Assembly (NCBI GenBank): GCA_910578235.1
Contig: CAJTPP010000001.1
Span: 91,123-99,532 of the forward strand
Length of the DNA stretch: 8,410 bases
Origin: an uncultured Clostridia bacterium
GTDB lineage: Bacteria > Bacillota > Clostridia > UBA1381
Reading direction: 5' to 3'
The notes below the pieces were generated by a model that saw only the letters and a list, made by a program, of their open reading frames with translations, searched no databases and had not been told where the DNA came from. This document shows, piece after piece, positions 1-6,048 of this stretch; positions within the stretch are counted from its first letter, which is position 1, and the number at the start of each line of letters is the position of its first letter. Both the position numbers and the translations under genes were made by a program.

Positions 1-562
1 TTGGTATGTAAACCCAAATTTCTTTACCGTCTCTTATTAAAGTGATATTAACAGTTGTGCCTTCAACGCCGGATTTTATTATCTCAACCGCTTCTGAGAG
101 CTTATCGCCGCTGTATTCGACGCCTTCCACAGATTTCAAAATATCTCCGGGTTTTACACCCGCGTTATATGCCGGACTATCTTCAAGCGGCGCGATGACC
201 TCAATCTGATTATCTTTGTTCACTCCTACAATTATTCCAATCCCCACATAACCGTCCTGAATACTGCCAATATATGATGAAAATTCTTCCCGCGTGTAGT
301 AATGTGTATATGGTTCTTCCAGCTTTTCTATATATGCCTTGACTGCGCTTTCTCCAAGTTCATTGCGGTCGTAATCATATAAATATTTATTTTCAAGCAT
401 TGTATCAACCACTTTTATCTTTTTATCGAACGCATGTTTATCATCGGAAGTAATAAAATATACTGACATATCCTTTACAAATGAGGTGAGTGCACTGCTT
501 ATAACCGCAGTTGTTACAGCGGTTATAAGTACTGTCAATATTATTTTCTTTTTGCTATCCAT
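1..562 (-). CDS. S41-family carboxy-terminal processing protease, N-terminal part (membrane anchor plus PDZ domain); C-terminus lies beyond the left edge
   Basis: Hand translation from the ATG at 562..560 gives MDSKKKIILTVLITAVTTAVISSALTSFVKD..., a hydrophobic N-terminal anchor. Further on it reads ...GIGIIVGVNKDNQIEVIAPLEDSPAYNAGVKPGDILKSVEGVEYSGDKLSEAVEIIKSGVEGTTVNITLIRDGKEIWVYIP, a typical Ctp/Prc PDZ segment (sPA..AG...GD.I..v.G). The frame stays open to base 2. GGAGA RBS at about 569-573 on the minus strand. Not in the ORF track because no stop codon falls in the window. Confidence 0.8.
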   Translation of the reverse strand, partial: MDSKKKIILTVLITAVTTAVISSALTSFVKDMSVYFITSDDKHAFDKKIKVVDTMLENKYLYDYDRNELGESAVKAYIEKLEEPYTHYYTREEFSSYIGSIQDGYVGIGIIVGVNKDNQIEVIAPLEDSPAYNAGVKPGDILKSVEGVEYSGDKLSEAVEIIKSGVEGTTVNITLIRDGKEIWVYIP

Positions 563-608
563 AAAAATTCTCCTTTATAATACGGCTATGCATATTTCAT
601 AAATACGC

Positions 609-635
609 AAAAATATTGGGGGCGAAAACCCCCAA
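609..635 (-). terminator. Rho-independent terminator downstream of the CdaR-family regulator gene
   Basis: The minus-strand RNA reads UUGGGGG-UUUUCG-CCCCCAA (stem 616-622 / 629-635) followed by UAUUUUUG. It starts 10 nt after the TAA stop at 647..645. Confidence 0.7.
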
Positions 636-644
636 CATTGTAAT

Positions 645-1730
645 TTATATTTTCATTGAGTTTGATTCAAGATATTTATGCACCATCATTGCCACCTTAA
701 AGACAATTGCCTGATCAAATTTTCTTAAATCCAAGCCTGTAAGCTTATATATTTTTTCCAGCCTGTATACAAGTGTGTTTCGATGAACAAACAATTGTCT
801 TGAAGTTTCGCTTACATTCAGATCATTTTCAAAAAATTTATTTATTGTAAGTATTGTTTCGTCATCAAGAGTTGATATATCTCCTTTTTTAAATACCTCC
901 TGAAGGAACAGTTCGCATAACTTTATAGGAAGCTGATATATTAATCTGCCGATACCAAGGCTGTCATAATTTAAAATATATTTTTCTTCATCAAAAACCT
1001 TCCCTACTTCAAGCGCTATCTGAGCTTCCTTATAGGCGCTGTTTATCTGATCAATATTCAGCGCGACAGTACTAAGTCCTACACAAATAGTAAACATGGT
1101 TTCCGCGCTTACAGTATCCACTATTGACTGAGCCGTAGCTTCAAGCTTTTCGGAAGACTCAATGTCTTTCAGTTCTTTAATAAGTACAATATTAGTCGTA
1201 TCAATATTTATAAGAAAGTCTTTTTCTTTATCAGGAAACATATTTCTCAGAACATCATATATTCCGTTTTCACCGGCATCAAGCACTTTTATATAAAATA
1301 CAGCCCTTGGAGTATCTATATCCACATGCAGTTCACGCGCCTTCTGATGAAGGTCAAATGAAAGAAGGTTATCAAAAATAATATTTTGCATAAAATTTGT
1401 TTTGTCATATTTTTCGTCATAATAATGACGCACATTATTAGCTGCTACAACAAGCGAATTACAGCAGTATTTTGAAACCTCATCAGTACCGTCAACATAT
1501 ACCACATATTCGGCATAAGGTTTATTTGATATTGCCCTTACGGTATAACCGTCCTTAAATAACAGCTTATCATTATTCGCTGCCGCATATACAAGATCAT
1601 CTATGATTTCCCCATTCGGCTCGCTGCCGTTATTAGCCAACACCAGTCCGTGAGAGTCGACTATGCCGAATTTTTTTGAAAAAACATCAGCCATCTGTGT
1701 TACAATGTTCTGAAACGCCTTGCTTATCAT
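645..1730 (-). CDS. CdaR/PucR-family transcriptional regulator (sugar-diacid-regulator-like)
   Basis: 361-aa ORF. The C-terminal segment ETSRQLFVHRNTLVYRLEKIYKLTGLDLRKFDQAIVFKVAM closely parallels the PucR-type HTH of E. coli CdaR (recalled as ...LFIHRNTLEYRLNRISELTGLDL.NFDD...). The N-terminus (AFQNIVTQMADVFSKKFGIVDSHGLVLAN) resembles the diacid-recognition domain. ATG at 1730 is preceded by a GGAGG RBS (1738-1742, minus strand). Confidence 0.85.
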   Translation of the reverse strand: MISKAFQNIVTQMADVFSKKFGIVDSHGLVLANNGSEPNGEIIDDLVYAAANNDKLLFKDGYTVRAISNKPYAEYVVYVDGTDEVSKYCCNSLVVAANNVRHYYDEKYDKTNFMQNIIFDNLLSFDLHQKARELHVDIDTPRAVFYIKVLDAGENGIYDVLRNMFPDKEKDFLINIDTTNIVLIKELKDIESSEKLEATAQSIVDTVSAETMFTICVGLSTVALNIDQINSAYKEAQIALEVGKVFDEEKYILNYDSLGIGRLIYQLPIKLCELFLQEVFKKGDISTLDDETILTINKFFENDLNVSETSRQLFVHRNTLVYRLEKIYKLTGLDLRKFDQAIVFKVAMMVHKYLESNSMKI

Positions 1731-1785
1731 CTTAATTCCTCCATCTATCTATCAAAAGATACAAAATATACGACTATATATATTT

Positions 1786-1814
1786 ATTATACATTAAATG
1801 TTCTACAAATGCAA
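1786..1814 (-). promoter_or_regulatory. Putative sigma-A promoter of the regulator gene
   Basis: Minus strand: TTGCAT (1814..1809), 17-nt spacer, TATAAT (1791..1786). The predicted leader to the ATG at 1730 is about 50 nt. Confidence 0.5.
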
Positions 1815-1901
1815 TAGCTCTTTTACAATTTTTTTCATAAAATTTGCACTTATAATAAAATAGCAAAATATATGTAAATTCTTCTGCGCGCATGATGCTG
1901 T

Positions 1902-1931
1902 ACAAAAATAACACTGATTTCTCAGCGTTAT
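1902..1931 (-). terminator. Rho-independent terminator ending the GRE-activase-GNAT operon
   Basis: The minus-strand RNA reads AUAACGCUGA-GAAA-UCAGUGUUAU, a 10-bp stem with one G.U pair (arms 1922-1931 and 1908-1917), followed by UUUUUG. It begins 3 nt after the GNAT TGA stop (1936..1934). Confidence 0.7.
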
Positions 1932-1933
1932 TA

Positions 1934-2377
1934 TCAGATTTTATCTATTGCCATTTGTCCGTATGATATTTCTTTAAATCCCATGCGTTTATATACAGCT
2001 ATTGCACTATGATTGTCCTTTACAACTTCAAGCCTAAACCGTTTTGCATGGCTGTATTTTTCAAACACAAAATTAAAATACTGTTTTGCAAATCCTCTCC
2101 CCCTGTATTTTTCATCCACATACAGATCAAGAATTTGGGCGCATATTCCTCCCACTTCTGTCTCATAATAACATGTCACATACGCGAAACCCGCTATATC
2201 ATTATCTTCACAAAATACATAGCCAGTCAAAGTATCATTACCACCGACAGCTTGTCCGATATTTTGTTTTATAATATCCATAGGCACTTTATGATCAAGA
2301 GCATCACTTGAATAGAATATCTCAGACATTTCAAGAACCTTGTCCATGTGCCGTTCTTTCATTATTTCAATGTTCAT
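1934..2377 (-). CDS. GNAT-family N-acetyltransferase (acceptor substrate unknown)
   Basis: The ORF carries the acetyl-CoA-binding motif A (YVDEKYRGRGFAKQYF, R-x-x-G-x-A type) and is of typical GNAT size. The track start at 2389 is a TTG codon inside the activase gene. I prefer the ATG at 2377..2375 (MNIEIMKERHMDKVLEM..., 147 aa), which sits one base after the activase stop (TAAtATG). Confidence 0.8.
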   Translation of the reverse strand: MNIEIMKERHMDKVLEMSEIFYSSDALDHKVPMDIIKQNIGQAVGGNDTLTGYVFCEDNDIAGFAYVTCYYETEVGGICAQILDLYVDEKYRGRGFAKQYFNFVFEKYSHAKRFRLEVVKDNHSAIAVYKRMGFKEISYGQMAIDKI

Positions 2378-2378
2378 A

Positions 2379-3170
2379 TTAACCGCCAATCTGACATTTT
2401 AAGCCTGATTTTTCTGCTGTTACAAGCAGTTCTTTCATATGTTTATCAGGAATAAGCTCTACGCCATCCAAAGCGTATTGTCTGCCAAGTCCTTCATATT
2501 TCCCCTGTCCAAGTCTGTGATACGGAAGCAGATGAAGTTTTTCCACCCCCGGCAAAGATGCTGCAAACATTGCAATATCATCAATTTCCTTATGTGTATC
2601 ATTAAATGCAGGTATTACAGGCACGCGAATTGTTAAATTTACCAATCCCGACTGCGCAATTTTTTTTGCATTTTCCAAAATAAGCTCGTTGGGCTGAGTT
2701 GTAAATTCTTTATGTTTCAAGCTGTTCATATGTTTTATATCCATGAGCACATAATCAAGAAACGGCAAATATTTTTGTATGATTTCCCACTTTGCAAAAC
2801 CTGTCGTTTCTATTGCCGTATTAATACCGTAATCTTTACAGGCATGCAGTAAATGAGGAGCAAAATCAGGTTGTAAAAGCGCTTCTCCGCCTGAAAGGGT
2901 AACTCCCCCTCCGCTTCTGTTATAGTAAAAAATGTCCTGTTTGATCACAGGCATAACATCAGCAACAGTCACATCCTGACCCATAATCTTTTCCTTGCCC
3001 TCAAACAGCATCGTCTGTACACCGAATTCCTGAGACTCGGGATTACAACACCATTTACACCTAAGAGCGCACCCTTTAAGAAATATTATTGTGCGTATTC
3101 CCGGCCCGTCGTGGATAGAATATTTCTGTATATCAAATATTCTGCCCTTAGCTTTCATATAATTTTCCAT
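2379..3170 (-). CDS. Glycyl radical enzyme activating enzyme (radical SAM), short form without ferredoxin-like insert
   Basis: 263 aa. Contains DGPGIRTIIFLKGCALRCKWCCNPES (CX3CX2C at C34/C38/C41, nt 3048-3071), the SAM-binding GGGVTLSGGE motif and LLPYH near the C-terminus. Starts 11 nt after the GRE stop, with an AGGAAA RBS. Confidence 0.92.
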   Translation of the reverse strand: MENYMKAKGRIFDIQKYSIHDGPGIRTIIFLKGCALRCKWCCNPESQEFGVQTMLFEGKEKIMGQDVTVADVMPVIKQDIFYYNRSGGGVTLSGGEALLQPDFAPHLLHACKDYGINTAIETTGFAKWEIIQKYLPFLDYVLMDIKHMNSLKHKEFTTQPNELILENAKKIAQSGLVNLTIRVPVIPAFNDTHKEIDDIAMFAASLPGVEKLHLLPYHRLGQGKYEGLGRQYALDGVELIPDKHMKELLVTAEKSGLKCQIGG

Positions 3171-3181
3171 TATGATTTCCT

Positions 3182-5713
3182 TTATGCGTTAAACGCCTGT
3201 TCTGTTCTGTTTATAATATCGTCCTGAAGCGAGCGTGAAAGGGTGGTAAATAACGCGCTATATCCTGCCACGCGAACCACCAGTGATTTATAGTTTTCCG
3301 GATGCTTTTGAGCATCAATCAGAGTTTCCTTGCTTACTACGTTAAACTGCATATGCATACCCTTTTGGTCAAAAAATGCCCGTATATATGACGAGAAATT
3401 CTGCAATCCCTCTATGCCGCTTAACGCTGACGGATGAAACTTCTGGTTATACAGGGTGCCGTTGGAAGCAATTCCATGATCCAGTTTTGCGACTGAATTA
3501 GCTGCAGCTGTAGGCCCGAATTTATCAGAGCCGCTGCGCGGCCCCACACCATCCGCAATAGGCGTATTAGCCAGTCTGCCGTCAGGCGTTGCGCCTGTCT
3601 GTTCGCCAAGAGGTACGTTTGCAGACACAGGATACAATCCGGCATGGAACATACCGCCTCTCGGATTTTTGTAGTTTTGCAGCTCCTTAGTATAGACATA
3701 TGCCACATCGCGGGCAAAAAGATCAATTTCTTCAATGTCATTACCGTATTTAGGTAAGTTGTCTATCATGTCAAGAAGCTTGTCATAACGCTCCGCATCG
3801 GTTTTTGAAGATGTCCCCGCAAGGAACATACGACATATATCAGCAATCTGCTCCTTTGACACAGGTTTTCCAAGAGCAATAAGATTATCTACTACCTCCT
3901 GCGTAGCTATTCTTGCGGCTTTTGGCGTAAGACCTTTGCCGTAATTATGTATAAGCGCATCTTTAAAATCAGCCATTGATACTAATTTCTTCTCAAAAAC
4001 AAGAGTTTTAACAGCATATAAAGCGTCCGTCATATTTGCTATACCAAAACCCTGAGGGCCTGTAAAGTTATAATGCGCCCCTCCCTCCTGAATTGTCTTT
4101 CCGCGCGCGATACAATCCTCAATCATGCATGAAACAAACGGAAGAGGACACAACTCACCATGAGCGACATCTATCGCGTTATCAGCGTTTACCATCAGAC
4201 GTATCATATATTTCATCTGAGCCTTATAGGCATCGTAAAACTCGTCAAAGGTTTTCATATTCAGCACATCACCCGTCTGAATACTTATTTGTCTGCCCTT
4301 GTCCACGCCATTTGAGAATACAAGCTCCAGCGGACGGCACATATTAAAGAAAGCAGCATCGTGCCATCCGTCTGTTTTATGCGGAACCTGCGGTTCAACA
4401 CAACCGATTATATTATAATTTCTCGCGTCCTCCAGAGTAATACCTCGGCTCATAAGAGCAGGAATAATCACCTCGTCATTATAATAAGCAGGTAATCCTA
4501 TTCCCGTACGCGTAAGCTCCGCGCATTTTAACAAAAATTCATTAGGCGTACCATTCCAAATTCTTACAGAAAATGACGGTGCAGGCAATCTGGTATGCAT
4601 AGAAGCCTGAATACACAAAAAAGATAAATCGTTTGTAGCATCGCGGCCATCCTCAGTCTGACCTCCGGCACAAAGATTTTGAAACAGGCTGTATCCGGCA
4701 AACCCCTCTGCTGAAGCCGCGTCACGCGCTTTATTAAGATCATTCAGCTTAATCCATATACAGTCCAGAAGCTCCTGAGCAAATTCTCTCGTAAGTATTC
4801 CTTTATTTATATCAGTTTCATAATAAGGATACATATATTGATCAAAACGTCCCGGCGAAATCGAATGTCCGCTTGACTCCATCTGTATAAGCATCTGAAC
4901 AAACCAGAAAGACTGACATGCCTCATAAAAATTTGACGCTCCGTTTTCGGGAACATTGGCGCAGTTCTTCGCAATCAAAAGTAATTCCTGCTTTCTCGCC
5001 GCATCATGACATTGCTTCGCCATTTCATATGCCAGATGCGCATAACGGCGAGCATAATTAATTGCCGCTTTACAGGAAATAAGAGCAGACTCAAGAAATT
5101 CATGACGCTTAGCATAGTCAGCGTCATACACATTACATTTTTCAAGTTCTGCTTCTATCTCGCTTATATAACCTTTATAGCCGACTTTTATAACCTTACC
5201 ATAGTCAACGGTAAAATGTCCTACTCCGTTATAAAAATAATTTCCAGGAGTAAACATATTGTGATCTATTGCCATAATAGCCTCGGGTGCCATATACGCC
5301 GACGCGAGCTCGCTAGTAGTTTTTCCCTTCCAATATGGATATATATTTCTTAATATCTGTTTATTTTCCTCAGAAATATGAAAAGGATCAGCCTCACGAA
5401 ATTCAATCGTATCAAGCTCACTCTCCAGCCACTCATACGAATATTCAGGGAAAACCTGACAGCTTCTCGGAGCTTTTGTAGCGCTTCCTACAACAAGCTC
5501 ATGATCACGTATTGTAATAGGAATATTTTCCAGAATATGCTCGAAAGCAAGAGCGCGGCGTTTTATAATAGGCAATCCCTCTGTTGCCTTATAACTTTCT
5601 GTAAGCAAAACAGCGCGCTCTACCTCAATCTCTGGCATTTTAGCAAACAGATCATCCAAAAGATACTGCACTCTGTCCGTTTTGGGAATATCGGTTATAT
5701 TAAAGGTTTTCAT
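3182..5713 (-). CDS. Glycyl radical enzyme, B12-independent diol dehydratase type (glycerol/1,2-propanediol dehydratase clade; residues favour a propanediol-like substrate)
   Basis: 843 aa. C-terminal glycyl radical motif VVRVAGYSALF (Gly817, codon 3265..3263). Cys loop IIGCVEPQVPHKTDGWHDAAFFN (Cys438 codon 4402..4400, Glu440, Asp452). NGVGH (His166) and GHSISPGRFDQYMYPYY (His283/Ser284) are present. From memory it is collinear with C. butyricum DhaB1. GAGAGG RBS lies 7 nt upstream of the ATG at 5713. Confidence 0.9.
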   Translation of the reverse strand: MKTFNITDIPKTDRVQYLLDDLFAKMPEIEVERAVLLTESYKATEGLPIIKRRALAFEHILENIPITIRDHELVVGSATKAPRSCQVFPEYSYEWLESELDTIEFREADPFHISEENKQILRNIYPYWKGKTTSELASAYMAPEAIMAIDHNMFTPGNYFYNGVGHFTVDYGKVIKVGYKGYISEIEAELEKCNVYDADYAKRHEFLESALISCKAAINYARRYAHLAYEMAKQCHDAARKQELLLIAKNCANVPENGASNFYEACQSFWFVQMLIQMESSGHSISPGRFDQYMYPYYETDINKGILTREFAQELLDCIWIKLNDLNKARDAASAEGFAGYSLFQNLCAGGQTEDGRDATNDLSFLCIQASMHTRLPAPSFSVRIWNGTPNEFLLKCAELTRTGIGLPAYYNDEVIIPALMSRGITLEDARNYNIIGCVEPQVPHKTDGWHDAAFFNMCRPLELVFSNGVDKGRQISIQTGDVLNMKTFDEFYDAYKAQMKYMIRLMVNADNAIDVAHGELCPLPFVSCMIEDCIARGKTIQEGGAHYNFTGPQGFGIANMTDALYAVKTLVFEKKLVSMADFKDALIHNYGKGLTPKAARIATQEVVDNLIALGKPVSKEQIADICRMFLAGTSSKTDAERYDKLLDMIDNLPKYGNDIEEIDLFARDVAYVYTKELQNYKNPRGGMFHAGLYPVSANVPLGEQTGATPDGRLANTPIADGVGPRSGSDKFGPTAAANSVAKLDHGIASNGTLYNQKFHPSALSGIEGLQNFSSYIRAFFDQKGMHMQFNVVSKETLIDAQKHPENYKSLVVRVAGYSALFTTLSRSLQDDIINRTEQAFNA

Positions 5714-5749
5714 AGCTTTACCTCTCTTTTGTTATATAATTCTTATAAC

Positions 5750-5778
5750 AGTATACCACATATAGCTTTGTTTTTCAA
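5750..5778 (-). promoter_or_regulatory. Putative sigma-A promoter of the GRE operon (extended -10)
   Basis: Minus strand: TTGAAA (5778..5773), 17-nt spacer, TGgTATACT (TG at 5758-5757, -10 at 5755..5750). The predicted leader to the ATG at 5713 is about 30 nt. Confidence 0.55.
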
Positions 5779-5782
5779 TAGA

Positions 5783-5804
5783 TTTACACAAGAAATTGTG
5801 TAAA
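5783..5804. promoter_or_regulatory. Perfect inverted repeat TTTACACAA-gaaa-TTGTGTAAA; candidate operator or activator site
   Basis: The 9-bp arms are perfectly complementary with a 4-bp spacer. It lies 5 bp upstream of the GRE -35 box and 20 bp upstream of the rib -35 box, in the divergent intergenic region. Confidence 0.4.
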
Positions 5805-5824
5805 TAACAAATTTTTAATTTCTA

Positions 5825-5853
5825 TTGACAAATATATGCTTTAGGTGTAGTAT
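5825..5853 (+). promoter_or_regulatory. Putative sigma-A promoter of the rib operon leader
   Basis: TTGACA (5825-5830), 17-nt spacer, TAGTAT (5848-5853). The riboswitch P1 helix starts about 20 nt downstream. Confidence 0.6.
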
Positions 5854-5871
5854 ATTAATATAAATAGAATT

Positions 5872-5998
5872 TATCTTCGGGGTATGTGAAATTCATAATC
5901 GACGGTGATTGACATTTTGTCATAAGTCCGTGAGCCTTTATACAGGCTGATTCGGTGTAATTCCGAAACCGACGGTAAAGTCCGGATGGGAGAAGATA
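5872..5998 (+). promoter_or_regulatory. FMN riboswitch (RFN element) aptamer
   Basis: Collinear with the B. subtilis ribD leader: AUCUUCGGGG..GUGAAAUUC..CGACGGU..AAGUCCGUGA..CCGACGGUAAAGUCCGGAUGGGAGAAGAU. P1 pairs 5873-5878 (AUCUUC) with 5992-5997 (GAAGAU). It sits directly upstream of ribD. Confidence 0.93.
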
Positions 5999-6017
5999 CT
6001 AATTTACGGAATATTTT

Positions 6018-6048
6018 TCACCCCCGAAGTGTCAGAGGTGATTTTTTT
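6018..6048 (+). terminator. Riboswitch expression platform: weak terminator / SD-sequestering hairpin
   Basis: UCACC (6018-6022) can pair with GGUGA (6037-6041), which covers the GAGGUG Shine-Dalgarno, and is followed by U7 (6042-6048). CCCCGAAG (6022-6029) is the exact complement of the P1 5' strand CUUCGGGG (5875-5882), giving an anti-terminator/anti-sequestor alternative. The stem is only 5 bp, so function as a true terminator is uncertain. Confidence 0.45.

Noticed and set aside
563-608. Possible promoter for the S41 protease between the upstream terminator and its start codon
   Set aside because: The only -10-like hexamer (TATTAT) would place the transcription start inside the RBS, and no convincing -35 box is present. 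Expression may depend on terminator read-through or on signals I cannot recognise.
1822-1878. TTTACAA (1822-1828) and TGTAAA (1873-1878) upstream of the regulator promoter, resembling half-sites of the 5783-5804 palindrome
   Set aside because: The half-sites are about 50 bp apart, are only 6-7 nt long, and sit in very AT-rich DNA where such hexamers occur by chance. This is insufficient to claim autoregulation.
2009-2636. Plus-strand ORFs 2009..2311, 2086..2274 and 2439..2636
   Set aside because: They are antisense shadows of the GNAT and activase genes. Their composition is typical of reverse-frame translation of AT-rich coding DNA.
3421-3741. Minus-strand 106-aa ORF in an alternative frame within the GRE gene
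   Set aside because: It lies fully inside the conserved C-terminal GRE domain region in another frame, with no independent translation signals.
5006-5803. Plus-strand ORFs 5006..5353 and 5378..5803 (115 and 141 aa), antisense to the GRE gene
   Set aside because: These are shadow ORFs inside a strongly supported 843-aa gene. Their proteins are low-complexity and rich in I, F, L, S and R, with no RBS and no recognisable motif. The same reasoning applies to 4093..4347 (+).
5783-5804. Palindrome as a Rex, CRP/FNR or CcpA (cre) site
   Set aside because: Rex (TTGTGAA-N4-TTCACAA) and CRP-type (TGTGA-N6-TCACA) sites have the opposite half-site orientation to ACACAA-N4-TTGTGT. A cre site needs a central CG, which is absent. 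It is kept only as an unassigned operator candidate.
5986-6048. Track-predicted N-terminal extension of ribD (MGEDTNLRNIFHPRSVRGDFF)
   Set aside because: It overlaps the FMN riboswitch P1/J region and the expression platform and has no RBS. The ATG at 6049 has a GAGGTG RBS and gives the canonical RibD N-terminus.
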